Source: a virus. Taken from it: a stretch of 64,000 nucleotides of DNA. The stretch spans positions 1 through 64,000 of the IMG/VR virus record IMGVR_UViG_3300029319_009044, one strand, 5' to 3'. The notes beneath the pieces were generated by a model. That model saw only the letters and a list, made by a program, of their open reading frames with translations, was not told the DNA's origin and did not search any database. The translations under genes were made by a program, and so were the position numbers. Below are positions 1-9,569 of the stretch, piece after piece (position 1 is the stretch's first letter; every line of letters begins with the position of its first letter).

Positions 1-49
1 CATGCTGCTTAGCATATTCTTTATCGCTATCAGTAAGTTCTATCGTCAT
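1..49 (-). CDS. hypothetical protein, 5' part only (runs off window start): MTIELTDSDKEYAKQH...
   Basis: Manual translation; ATG at 49-47 preceded by the GGAACT-N4-TATAAT-N6 motif. Confidence 0.6.
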   Translation of the reverse strand, partial: MTIELTDSDKEYAKQH

Positions 50-73
50 ACTATTATTATAGTATAGTTCCTT
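50..73 (-). promoter_or_regulatory. GGAACT-N4-TATAAT promoter (leaderless)
   Basis: Minus strand reads AAGGAACT atac TATAAT aatagt ATG; same motif and spacing at four other sites. Confidence 0.65.
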
Positions 74-80
74 TTATTTT

Positions 81-257
81 CTACGAATTGAACTTTGCGT
101 ACCAATCCATAATTTCGTAATGAAAATCTTTTTCTGAGATATTATCCGATACTTCAATAAACCATTCAGGTTCACCAGAAGCTGGCTTCTCAAAAACATT
201 AATTTTATTCACTATAGGATCGTGACGAAAGATGTATTTTCCAATTTGTCCTTCCAT
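81..257 (-). CDS. hypothetical protein, 58 aa (MEGQIGKYIFRHDP...WYAKFNS), below the ORF-track cutoff
   Basis: Manual translation; ATG overlaps the stop of the upstream ORF (TAATG) and fills the gap exactly. Confidence 0.65.
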   Translation of the reverse strand: MEGQIGKYIFRHDPIVNKINVFEKPASGEPEWFIEVSDNISEKDFHYEIMDWYAKFNS

Positions 258-484
258 TATATTAGACTTAGTTCCTCTGTTACTAGTTTAGTTAAATATA
301 GATGGCAAAATATATCTAATTCTTCTGATATATTCTCCCCAACCATTTTTTTATCTACATAATATACTTCCATCTTCGTTATGAGAGGAATAGATTTTTT
401 AATTTCATAATACGTATGAACTAATATCCCGGGTCCAAGTTCGGACTCCGGGATATAAGTTCTATGAATATTTATCCTGCCCAC
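257..484 (-). CDS. hypothetical protein
   Basis: ORF in a tightly packed minus-strand run. Confidence 0.55.
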   Translation of the reverse strand: MGRINIHRTYIPESELGPGILVHTYYEIKKSIPLITKMEVYYVDKKMVGENISEELDIFCHLYLTKLVTEELSLI

Positions 485-1311
485 TTGATTGCTGGCTCTT
501 TAAGTATCCTGAGGGCTTTAGTCGAGAGAGTATTACCCATCAATGATCTTACAAGCTTCTCAGGTGATTGCTTTCTACTATGCGTTTCAAACTCAGTAAA
601 AGCATTTAGAGCATCCCAGCGTGACTCTCCGACGTTGCCTTGACCACTCTCGTATAGTTCAACGATCTTCTCTCGCTGATTAATCCTACGAGTAGACTCT
701 TCTTTCTCGACTGGAATAAGCTTTTGAGTAAGCTTAGCCATTTGATCTCGAGAAAACTTATTACTCTTTAGAAACTCAACAGTATCATTGAATCCAGTAA
801 AGTCTTCGATATTACGAACAATACGTCTTACCATACCTTCTACATTAGCATCAAAAGTATCAGAGTGACGAAGATTATCTCCACGACGCTTTTCAATAAG
901 ATGAAGAGCATTATCACATGCAATCCTATTAGTAGAAGGAGCGCACTTATTTGAGCTCATTCCAGTATTATCAATAACAGTATAGAAGTAACCATCAACT
1001 TTATCACCATCAACATCGATAGGCTCACCGAGCTTAGATCTAACTACTACTCGCTTACCATCACCAGCCATAGTATAACCATCATGCTGAATATTTCCTA
1101 CCCTATCACTAGCAGTATTAAGAATATCAAACATCTCTTCCATTTGAATTGGTCGATACTTCTTACCGCAACTACCAAGGTGTGCGCCATTATCGGAGCG
1201 TTCGAGAGCAAATACTCCGTTATGTTCACCGCGATCATTTTCAAGCGGTACTTTATTTACCTCAAAACGAGGTACATCTTCTAGCGTTTCTATTTCTTTT
1301 AAGAATCCCAT
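472..1311 (-). CDS. DUF932/DUF945 family (TIGR03299-like) phage/plasmid protein
   Basis: Motifs Y.PIQ.EE.F, RIACDNAL, LRH, SRWDALNAFTEF.TH typical of the family. Confidence 0.75.
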   Translation of the reverse strand: MGFLKEIETLEDVPRFEVNKVPLENDRGEHNGVFALERSDNGAHLGSCGKKYRPIQMEEMFDILNTASDRVGNIQHDGYTMAGDGKRVVVRSKLGEPIDVDGDKVDGYFYTVIDNTGMSSNKCAPSTNRIACDNALHLIEKRRGDNLRHSDTFDANVEGMVRRIVRNIEDFTGFNDTVEFLKSNKFSRDQMAKLTQKLIPVEKEESTRRINQREKIVELYESGQGNVGESRWDALNAFTEFETHSRKQSPEKLVRSLMGNTLSTKALRILKEPAIKWAG

Positions 1312-1340
1312 TTTTTTATTTTATTTTGTTCTACCTTTTT

Positions 1341-1358
1341 ATTTTAACCTAGTTCCTT
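1341..1358 (-). promoter_or_regulatory. GGAACT-N4-TAAAAT promoter for the DUF932 gene
   Basis: Minus strand AAGGAACT aggt TAAAAT, about 30 nt upstream of the ATG at 1311. Confidence 0.5.
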
Positions 1359-1796
1359 TAGATTAAATCTTTCAAATTTTTCTTCAGCTTTCTTAAAAGT
1401 ATCATAAATCTTTATCACTTCAGTAGTCAACTTTTCTTGTTTTCTAGCATCTCTTTCTTCTGTAGAATTATAATAAGCGTTATAAGAAGTAAATCTAGCT
1501 ACAGTAGTAAAGTTAAATACGTATTCTTGAAATGCATGCCTTAGTTCATGAAGTATACTACCTATAATATATCTTTTGTTTCCGTTAGTATCTAACTCCA
1601 TGGTATATAAGCGTTTACTCTTAGAAGTACGCTCCATAGTAGATTGTTCCTTTATCTTACTCTTCCATACTTTACATTCAATATTAATTTTTTTATCAAA
1701 ACCATTTTCAAATATATTAGTACAAATTTTTCCTAATAGTTCAAAATCTAATTTAGTTTCTTTTAGTATACGTTTCGTTGGATAGAAGTTTATCAT
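1344..1796 (-). CDS. putative zincin-like metallopeptidase (HEXXH)
   Basis: ILHELRHAFQ followed by Y.N..EERDAR (downstream Glu ligand). Confidence 0.65.
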   Translation of the reverse strand: MINFYPTKRILKETKLDFELLGKICTNIFENGFDKKINIECKVWKSKIKEQSTMERTSKSKRLYTMELDTNGNKRYIIGSILHELRHAFQEYVFNFTTVARFTSYNAYYNSTEERDARKQEKLTTEVIKIYDTFKKAEEKFERFNLKELG

Positions 1797-1981
1797 CCTA
1801 TTCTTTTTATAACTGGTTTATCAACTCCTTCTGAAAGAAGTTTATCTCTTACCTTTTTAGCATCTTCATAATTATCGATGCGTTCCTTATGAAAACGCAG
1901 AAGACCAGATACATTATCGCGATATTCGATAATGTATTTTCCGTATTCAAAGGGTTTTATTGGCGGTCTGCGCCTTTTCAT
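1793..1981 (-). CDS. small basic hypothetical protein
   Basis: ORF with GGAACT-N4-TATAAT-N6-ATG; 4-nt overlap with the next gene. Confidence 0.65.
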   Translation of the reverse strand: MKRRRPPIKPFEYGKYIIEYRDNVSGLLRFHKERIDNYEDAKKVRDKLLSEGVDKPVIKRIG

Positions 1982-2005
1982 ACAATAATTATATAGTAGT
2001 TCCTT
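1982..2005 (-). promoter_or_regulatory. GGAACT-N4-TATAAT promoter (leaderless)
   Basis: Minus strand AAGGAACT acta TATAAT tattgt ATG. Confidence 0.65.
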
Positions 2006-2027
2006 CCGAGTTCCACTAAATAATAAT

Positions 2028-2501
2028 GTGTTAGAACTAAAAATATTAGAATATAGTAAGGAAAAACAAGCTAAACTTCTCGAACCAGCGAAAAGAGCTC
2101 ATAAGAAACCGGATATTGGAGTAGAGATTAACAATAAGTCTGCTTATTATGTCATTAGAGACTGTGCGATGATTACTCAGAAGTATCTTGTTTTACATAT
2201 ATGGGGAACGTATAATGATCCCTTTAAAGATCTTAAAGGTAAATTTACTACAGATGATGTCACGGACTTTTTAAAAAGAGCAAAATCAGATGCTACCACA
2301 AATCAAATTAAGGATGTAATTATTTCCGCAATGCGAGATAAATTTGATACAACTGTTACTACATCTTCTTCATTTGACTACAGTGTTGAAGAAGATGATA
2401 TTTATGGTTACTACGGAGAAGCGGAGCAAACTGATGATGATTTCGTAGAGCAAGAGATGACTGAAGAGGAAATGTTTTTGAAATTCTTTTCTGTATCTTA
2501 A
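2028..2501 (+). CDS. hypothetical protein with acidic C-terminus
   Basis: GTG start 5 nt after TAAATA; stop abuts the convergent gene. Confidence 0.65.
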   Translation: MLELKILEYSKEKQAKLLEPAKRAHKKPDIGVEINNKSAYYVIRDCAMITQKYLVLHIWGTYNDPFKDLKGKFTTDDVTDFLKRAKSDATTNQIKDVIISAMRDKFDTTVTTSSSFDYSVEEDDIYGYYGEAEQTDDDFVEQEMTEEEMFLKFFSVS

Positions 2502-5500
2502 TTACCCAACTGATATTTTTAAATCAGTACCATCACGCCAAAGGTCTCCTGCTACTCCAGGATCAGACGTTGGTAAGTTTGGCATATTAACTTTAGTTGT
2601 TAGCAAATTAGTTGATATATTATCTCCATCTAACTGAATATAATTGCAAACTCCCCCAGAACCATTATCTGTTCTTAAGAAAACATCCTGATTATCAACT
2701 GAGTTTGTTATGTATAGATCACCGGTTTTATTGTTAATGTATGAATTATCGGCCGTATGAACCAGTTCTAAATCTCCACTTGATCCAGCTTGTAAGAAAA
2801 CATCATCTTGCGCTCTAATATTTTTGTAAGCTCTCGTTAAAGTACCACCACCATCTATTTGTAGATAATTAGTTACTCCTCCGGAACCATCATCAGACTG
2901 GAAGAGGATATCTCCATCGTCTTGATAGTTAGCAATGTATAAGTCATTAGTTGTATTTCTTATATTAGAATTAGTACCATCATGCCATATTGATAAATCA
3001 TAACCGGATCCGTAATATGACTGAATGTTATCTGCATTCAGTGTGCCTTTGTGATGGTTAAGTATTTCACTGTTTCCGTCTATTGTAAAATAATCAGTTG
3101 TTCCGCCACTACCATCATCAGTCTTAAAGACAATACAACCATTATCCTGAGAATTTCTAATTTCTAAATTGCAGTTTGTGGTATTAAAAAGAGTTTTAGT
3201 GCCATCATGATACATAGCAAAATCTTTGCCTGAACCTAAAGATATTAACGAGTTGTCTGGCCAATTTGTGTAAAGTGCTGTTGAAGAACTGCCATCATGT
3301 GTTGCTGAAGACCCATCTAAAAAGAAATAGGTTGCTACACCACCAGCCCCATCATCATCCTTGAAAATGATATCTTTATCGTCAGCGTATTGTGTAATTG
3401 TTAAATTACCTTCTAAATTTTCAATAGTTGTATCTGTTCCATCGTGCCTAAAACGCAAATCAGCATTATTTCCCAAACCTAAATATGAAAAATCAGGAAA
3501 TATTGTAAAAGGATGACCAGTAGAAAGGGAGCTATCTAAATAGAAGTAGGTTTCATAGCCTCCACTACCATCATCAGCTCTAAATATAATATCTTTATCA
3601 TTTGCAAAATTTGAAATGTAAAAATCACCAAGATAATTAGTTATACCAGAGTTAGTACCGTCATGACTGATCTTAAGATCACCACCATTACCAAACATCG
3701 CTTCAACACCATCTAAAACCTGTATATCTTTGGTAAACTTAACTACTGAGTTTTGTCCATCTACTCTAAAATATTCTGTAACATCACCAGAACCATCATC
3801 ACTTCTAAATATTATAGATTTATCATCCTTTTCATTTTGTATGTATAAATCTCCTTCAGTATTTGCTATTGAAGAGTCTGTACCATTATGTCTTATCTTT
3901 AAATCAGCACCAGATCCAAAGCATGCATAGTAATTATCAGCTAACGATAAACCAGTTAAAGATGCAGAACATCCAAATATCTGACCATCTCTTTCAATAC
4001 AAAATCTTGTATTGCCGTTATCTTGAACCCGAAGTAAATCATCACTATCACCATCAAGACCAGTAACATTTACTCTAATACCACTTGCGTTATTAGTAGA
4101 GCATGCTGTAATTATTGGTCCAGCTGCTTCCATGTTTATACTACTAACTCCTTTGAGCCCTTGACTACTAATAGTTCCTGCTACTGTAAGAGAGCAAGCC
4201 GGGGCGGTAGTACCTATTCCTACCTTACCATCAGAAAGAATACGCATTGCTTCTTCATCGGCTACATCAAAGGCTAGACTGTCGCCATTGTGTCTGTACC
4301 GAATCATTCCCCTATTAGAATCATCGTCATCACCAAATACAATTTGATTTTGACCTGCCGAGCCTCCTGACCTCATGAAAAATTGAGTAGTTGCATCTGT
4401 GGCAGTGTTCCGCAAACGAATATCCGCACCCGATCCTTCAACATCGAGTAAGAAATTCGGGGTACTAGTTCCTATACCAACATTACCTCCATTTAAAAAA
4501 CTATCACCACTAGAGTTTAAACAAAGTTTATTTACTCCACTACTGTTATTAAGAATAAATTCTCCATGCTGATATCCCTCACTACTCCTTTGCATAGTAG
4601 CTACCTGAATACCAGCATTATTCAAAGTAGTTATTTCACCCTTAACGGAAAGTTCTTGAGGAGGTGTATTAGTGCCTATACCGACACTACCTCCGAAGTA
4701 ATTAGGTGATGTTCCTACAGCACTAAGTTGATTTCCGGTTATATCCCCATTTGCGCTTATGTCTCCTGTAACACTAAAGCCAGATAATTCAAATTCGTAA
4801 TTAATTTCTCCAGCCGAAAGTAAAGTAGATGCATATATCCTTTCAGCATTTATTTCCCCGTTAACGGTTAAATTACCATCCATTGTACCACCATCAGCAA
4901 ATTGCTTAGCTACAGATCCTCCACCCCCGCCATATGTATCAACAGCTCTCCGTAGAGTCATTAACTGTTGCTGAAAAGTATTAGTTAAATTTGTTTGAAT
5001 ATCATCTTGTATTTTTTTAGGATCAATTATTACATTTTTATCCCCGTACTGCTCAATTACAGTAGCTGCTTCATTTTGATAATTTGCAAATTTTGATAGT
5101 AAATCTTCTTTATTTTCTTCAATTAAATCAAAAATATATGCTTTAACTTTAGATTCTTCACCTGAAAAAGATTCTTCTATAACTTGTAATTTAGTATCAA
5201 AATAAGATCTAGCTGATTGCTCCGCTTTTGTAAACTTAGACTCTAAGGCTTCTTCTATATATTTCATAGAAGAGTCTAAAGTATCCTCTAACCCTTTCTT
5301 TACATTGCCTACACGACTTAGGGTTTTATTAAAGCTCTTATTTAATTCATTATGAATATCAACTTTTGCCTTTGATATAGATACAACTTCAGCATCTAAT
5401 TGCTTAAATTTTAAATTTATATCTTCATTAAGATCATCAATTTTTAAATCTAAGTTTTCTTGTAATAAATTAAAAGATTCTTTATTTTTCTTATCTTTAT

Positions 5501-6209
5501 CTTCAACTAATTTTATTAGTGTTGAAGTATAAATTTCATCAGTTAGATCCTTTAAGTTTTCTTTTAGTAAATCAACTGACTTATTATGTTCTTGTTTTAC
5601 TGCTGTAGTTAATTCATCACTATGATCATTTAATGACTCTCTAATATAAATTTTTAGCTTATCTTTTAAATTATCCTCTAACTGTATATTAGTTTCATAC
5701 AATTCTAATTTAGTATTTTCAGTTAAATTTAAAAACTCTTCTACAAATGAATTACGAGCATTAGAAATTATATCGTTTATTTTACTCTCTTTTAAATCTA
5801 ATGACTCTACTAGTTTTTTAATTTTTGCTTCATGTTGTTGTTTCTCTAGTTTAGTACTTGAAATTCTAGCTTGATCTATTTCATGAATAATACTTTCCTT
5901 AAAAAGACCAGAACTTTTTGGTGTATTACTATTAATAGTTTTTTTGTTGACAGTATTACTATTAAATAAGATCTCTTGAGGTCCTTTATTTAAAATAAAT
6001 TGGGCTTTATACTTCTTATTACCTACTTCTACTGGTACAGATACAACAGGTTGACCTTTATAGGTAGTTTCTTTCTCTGCTATATATGTTGAACCATTTA
6101 TCTCAAATTCAAAGACATCGAAAAAAACTTCTTCTAAGCTTTCAACAGTTAAGATGTTATGATTTGAGCTAGTATAGGTAGGTTTTACCTTTTCGCTAAA
6201 CAGTTTCAT
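2502..6209 (-). CDS. large fibre-like virion protein: N-terminal coiled coil, poly-Gly hinge, G.VGIGT repeats, six ~75-aa beta repeats
   Basis: GxVGIGT motifs; repeats of DLxIxHDGTNSxI...IF(R/K)xDDGSGGxxxYFxxDG; start moved from 6215 to 6209 because TAAATA-N5-ATG fits there. Confidence 0.7.
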   Translation of the reverse strand: MKLFSEKVKPTYTSSNHNILTVESLEEVFFDVFEFEINGSTYIAEKETTYKGQPVVSVPVEVGNKKYKAQFILNKGPQEILFNSNTVNKKTINSNTPKSSGLFKESIIHEIDQARISSTKLEKQQHEAKIKKLVESLDLKESKINDIISNARNSFVEEFLNLTENTKLELYETNIQLEDNLKDKLKIYIRESLNDHSDELTTAVKQEHNKSVDLLKENLKDLTDEIYTSTLIKLVEDKDKKNKESFNLLQENLDLKIDDLNEDINLKFKQLDAEVVSISKAKVDIHNELNKSFNKTLSRVGNVKKGLEDTLDSSMKYIEEALESKFTKAEQSARSYFDTKLQVIEESFSGEESKVKAYIFDLIEENKEDLLSKFANYQNEAATVIEQYGDKNVIIDPKKIQDDIQTNLTNTFQQQLMTLRRAVDTYGGGGGSVAKQFADGGTMDGNLTVNGEINAERIYASTLLSAGEINYEFELSGFSVTGDISANGDITGNQLSAVGTSPNYFGGSVGIGTNTPPQELSVKGEITTLNNAGIQVATMQRSSEGYQHGEFILNNSSGVNKLCLNSSGDSFLNGGNVGIGTSTPNFLLDVEGSGADIRLRNTATDATTQFFMRSGGSAGQNQIVFGDDDDSNRGMIRYRHNGDSLAFDVADEEAMRILSDGKVGIGTTAPACSLTVAGTISSQGLKGVSSINMEAAGPIITACSTNNASGIRVNVTGLDGDSDDLLRVQDNGNTRFCIERDGQIFGCSASLTGLSLADNYYACFGSGADLKIRHNGTDSSIANTEGDLYIQNEKDDKSIIFRSDDGSGDVTEYFRVDGQNSVVKFTKDIQVLDGVEAMFGNGGDLKISHDGTNSGITNYLGDFYISNFANDKDIIFRADDGSGGYETYFYLDSSLSTGHPFTIFPDFSYLGLGNNADLRFRHDGTDTTIENLEGNLTITQYADDKDIIFKDDDGAGGVATYFFLDGSSATHDGSSSTALYTNWPDNSLISLGSGKDFAMYHDGTKTLFNTTNCNLEIRNSQDNGCIVFKTDDGSGGTTDYFTIDGNSEILNHHKGTLNADNIQSYYGSGYDLSIWHDGTNSNIRNTTNDLYIANYQDDGDILFQSDDGSGGVTNYLQIDGGGTLTRAYKNIRAQDDVFLQAGSSGDLELVHTADNSYINNKTGDLYITNSVDNQDVFLRTDNGSGGVCNYIQLDGDNISTNLLTTKVNMPNLPTSDPGVAGDLWRDGTDLKISVG
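2620..3925 (-). repeat. six tandem degenerate protein repeats (~70-85 aa) in the fibre
   Basis: Repeated GxGxDLxIxHDG...DDGSGG...YFxxDG in the translation; boundaries approximate. Confidence 0.8.
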
Positions 6210-6220
6210 ATACATATTTA

Positions 6221-7201
6221 TTACTTAGCTCTATATTTCTCTACGTAATATTTAACTGTTGATGATAAATTAAATTTATTTTGCTTCTTTACTGATTTAA
6301 GATTATGTTTTGAAGAAAGCTGGTATTTAAAGTCGTGTCCTTTTCTATCTTGAACGAATTCTAAGTAGTCACTTCTCTTTCTTTTATAATTAGGAAATTG
6401 ATGTTCGATCTCTTTAATGACTTTTTTAATTAATTCAAGATTATTACAAACTAAATTACCTACAATATTATATATTTTAGCAGGTACATCATCAAACAAT
6501 ACCTCTATAATTGCTTTTGCATGATCTTGAGCATGTATCCATTCTCTTATATTTTTTCCATTACCATACACAGGTACTTTTTTACCAAGTATTACTGATC
6601 TTATTATAGTAGGAATTAATTTTTCATCGTGTTGTCTAGCTCCATAATTATTACAACATCTAGTAATAGAAGCATCTATTCCAAAAGTAGTAACATAAGA
6701 TTGTACTAATAAGTCTGATCCAGCTTTAGTAGCTGAGTAAGGTGACCTAGGGGCTAAAGGACTATCTTCAGAAAAAGGAGGATCATCTTTGTCTAAATGA
6801 CCATACACTTCATCTGTAGATACATGTATCATTCTAGCTTTATGCTTCCTAACTAATTCTAAAATTTTAGAAGTGCCTACCAAATTAGAGTCAACAAAAG
6901 ATAATGGATTATCTATAGATCTATCTACATGAGATTCTGCTGCTAAGTGTAGAACATAGTCTATTTTTTTATCGATAAATTCTAAAGGATTAGCCATGTT
7001 AAGTCTCCAATGTTCATCATTAGATATATCTATAAAATGATTTTGTACTCTTTCGTCTTTTACTATATTTTCTGCAGAAGAACCTACTCCCATTTTATCA
7101 ATATTGTATATAAAAAGCTCTTTATCTTTTAGTTTTAAAAGCTCTTTAATAACATATGACCCAATAAAGCCACATCCCCCGGTTACTAGATATGTACTCA
7201 T
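6221..7201 (-). CDS. rmlB: dTDP/NDP-glucose 4,6-dehydratase
   Basis: GGCGFIGS, HLAAESHVDRS, STDEVYG, YSATK, NNYG, DRKGHD. Confidence 0.92.
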   Translation of the reverse strand: MSTYLVTGGCGFIGSYVIKELLKLKDKELFIYNIDKMGVGSSAENIVKDERVQNHFIDISNDEHWRLNMANPLEFIDKKIDYVLHLAAESHVDRSIDNPLSFVDSNLVGTSKILELVRKHKARMIHVSTDEVYGHLDKDDPPFSEDSPLAPRSPYSATKAGSDLLVQSYVTTFGIDASITRCCNNYGARQHDEKLIPTIIRSVILGKKVPVYGNGKNIREWIHAQDHAKAIIEVLFDDVPAKIYNIVGNLVCNNLELIKKVIKEIEHQFPNYKRKRSDYLEFVQDRKGHDFKYQLSSKHNLKSVKKQNKFNLSSTVKYYVEKYRAK

Positions 7202-7638
7202 TTCTTTTTAACTATATCTGGATTTTGTTTTATAGTTTGCAATGTAATCAAATCTTTTATTCTAGTAGTTGACCACTCATGAGATCTTGTGGTATAAATT
7301 ACTCTAGGTGGTAAGTCATCTCCTGTAAATGGTTTAGCTATATAATCTTCTCCTAAGATACGAATGTCAGGTTTAAAGAATTTTATTAAATCATATAACT
7401 CTTCTTCGGTTTGATACATATAGACTTCGTCTATATACTGAATTGCCATTAAAGTCTTATATCTCTCATAATACGGTATTACAGGCTTGTATTTAGTATA
7501 TCTAGTTGAAGAAGGGTCTTTTTGCAAAAAGACTAAAAATCTATTACAATGTCTTTTAGCTTCTTCAAAAGTATAAATATAACCCGGGTGAAGTAAGTCG
7601 AAACTTCCAGCAGTAAACCCTACAATTTCTTTATTCAT
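7198..7638 (-). CDS. cytidylyltransferase family protein (TagD/RfaE-II-like)
   Basis: GSFDLLHPGY (HXGH variant), ER, GEDY, RSHEWSTTRIK. Confidence 0.8.
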   Translation of the reverse strand: MNKEIVGFTAGSFDLLHPGYIYTFEEAKRHCNRFLVFLQKDPSSTRYTKYKPVIPYYERYKTLMAIQYIDEVYMYQTEEELYDLIKFFKPDIRILGEDYIAKPFTGDDLPPRVIYTTRSHEWSTTRIKDLITLQTIKQNPDIVKKK

Positions 7639-8491
7639 CCAATATTATTTTATTCAGAGCGGAATGAATAGCAAGTTCTTCATCCATAGGGTCAAAACCA
7701 TATTTAGTTTTTAATTTATCTACTGAAAGAACACAATTAGACCTATTAGCTAAACAATTTAGTTCATCAAATTGAACCCATTTCCATTTATCATTACCTA
7801 ATCCATATTCATCCATAAGCTCTATTATATTATCAGTAGCTAGAGGATTAGGCTGTACAAAATTTAATATATCTTTTTCTTTTGTTTCAACTTTATTCTT
7901 AATTACTTTCTCAATAAAATCTAACAATTGTGGAATGTAAGTTTTAGAATTTTTTAAATTTATAAGATTATTGTATTTTTTAATTTTAGTTAAGTAAGAT
8001 CGTTCATGTAACCTATCACAGAAAGGCATTCTTACTCTTAAAATTAATCCATGATCACATCCTAATTCAAATGCATGTTTACTTTTTGAATATGTAGAAG
8101 ATTCTCTATCAAAGAATCCAAAGTTAGGATAATCTTCTTCATTGAATTCTTTAGTATAATTAGTATATATGCAGCCTGAAGATATATGAATATAATTAAT
8201 ATCATAAGCTTTACATAAATTACTAAGCTTTAAAGGTGCAAAGGTATTTAATTCATAGCATAGCTCAGGTTTTCTTTCTCCTTCATCTACATTTGGTCTA
8301 CCAGTAAAACCAAAACAATTAATTACATAATCAAATTTTTCTCTTTTAAACCATTTTATAAGTTCTGATGAATTAGTATAATCAAGAAACTCTTTTCGTA
8401 CTATAGTAACATCGCTCTTTTCAATTTTTTTAAGACGTCCATAAAGGTAAGAGCCTACATATCCATGTCCAAGTATAAGTATTTTTTGCAT
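7631..8491 (-). CDS. NDP-4-keto-6-deoxyglucose 3,5-epimerase/4-reductase (NRS/ER, RmlD-superfamily SDR)
   Basis: GHGYVG, GFTGRPNVD..E, SSGCIY, YSKSK, LRVRMP, RSNC.L as in plant and giant-virus NRS/ER. Confidence 0.75.
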   Translation of the reverse strand: MQKILILGHGYVGSYLYGRLKKIEKSDVTIVRKEFLDYTNSSELIKWFKREKFDYVINCFGFTGRPNVDEGERKPELCYELNTFAPLKLSNLCKAYDINYIHISSGCIYTNYTKEFNEEDYPNFGFFDRESSTYSKSKHAFELGCDHGLILRVRMPFCDRLHERSYLTKIKKYNNLINLKNSKTYIPQLLDFIEKVIKNKVETKEKDILNFVQPNPLATDNIIELMDEYGLGNDKWKWVQFDELNCLANRSNCVLSVDKLKTKYGFDPMDEELAIHSALNKIILDE

Positions 8492-8492
8492 A

Positions 8493-9533
8493 TTAAATCT
8501 CTAATGTATTAGGTTCGTATATTTTACTATGTGTCTTTGTACATCTTACAAATGTAGCACACTTGCATAAATGTTTAAGCTTAGCAGCTCCAACATATGT
8601 ACATGTACTTCTAATACCTCCTAAAATATCTTGAACAATATAACGAATGGGTCCTTTATAAGGTATAACTACTCTTCTTCCTTCCGATGTTCTATAATCT
8701 TTGAGACCTCCATTATGCTTATCGTTAGCAATTTTGCTACTCATTCCATAAAACTCAACATATTCTTTTCCATCTATTATAATTTTCTCACCTCCACCTT
8801 CAGGAGAACCAGCTAACATAGATCCGAGCATTACAAAGTCTGCGCCAGCTCCAAACGCTTTAGCTACATCACCCGGCGTCGTACATCCACCATCAGCAAT
8901 TATATGACCATCTAAACCATGAGCAGCATCAGCACATTCAGCAATACAACTAAACTGAGGATAACCAACTCCTGTCTTAAGTCGAGTTGTACAGACACTT
9001 CCTGATCCAATACCTACTTTAATAATATCTGCTCCAGCTAAAAGTAGCTCTTCAACCATTTCACCCGTAACAACATTACCTGCTATGATATTACTTTTAG
9101 GAAAAGTTTTTCTTACTTCCTTTACAAAGTCGACAAGTGCTTGAGTATAACCATTCGCTACATCAATACATATATTACGTACTGAAGCTTTTTTATAAAT
9201 ACGAGATAATTTCTTGTAATCATATTCATTTCTTCCTACAGTTACAGCTACATGCTTACCTTTATTATCTTTAAGCTCTTCAATAAGCTCCTTTTCATCA
9301 ATGTCCTTCTTGTAACAAGTAAAGAGATCTAGATCACTTAAGGTTCTTCCTACGTCTAACGTACCAACACCATCCATGTTAGCAGCCATTATCGGTATAC
9401 CGCGGTATGAACCACCGTATTTGAATCTAAAAGTTCTTGTTAAATCCACCTCTTTACGAGATGTTAACGTAGACCTTTTAGGTCTAATCAACACATCATC
9501 GAAATCGTACTTTAATTCAGTTTCTATACGCAT
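8493..9533 (-). CDS. guaC: GMP reductase
   Basis: [58 protein letters not shown]. Confidence 0.93.
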   Translation of the reverse strand: MRIETELKYDFDDVLIRPKRSTLTSRKEVDLTRTFRFKYGGSYRGIPIMAANMDGVGTLDVGRTLSDLDLFTCYKKDIDEKELIEELKDNKGKHVAVTVGRNEYDYKKLSRIYKKASVRNICIDVANGYTQALVDFVKEVRKTFPKSNIIAGNVVTGEMVEELLLAGADIIKVGIGSGSVCTTRLKTGVGYPQFSCIAECADAAHGLDGHIIADGGCTTPGDVAKAFGAGADFVMLGSMLAGSPEGGGEKIIIDGKEYVEFYGMSSKIANDKHNGGLKDYRTSEGRRVVIPYKGPIRYIVQDILGGIRSTCTYVGAAKLKHLCKCATFVRCTKTHSKIYEPNTLEI

Positions 9534-9569
9534 GCCTTCTTAATTATAAGGCTATATTGTATATTTCAA
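9534..9569 (-). promoter_or_regulatory. sigma70-like promoter for the guaC-NRS/ER-cytidylyltransferase-rmlB operon
   Basis: TTGAAA 36 nt upstream of the ATG, with TATAAT between. Confidence 0.5.

Noticed and set aside
258-276. A sixth GGAACT promoter upstream of the ORF at 257
   Set aside because: GGAACT is present, but no TATAAT-like box follows at the 4-nt spacing; not counted
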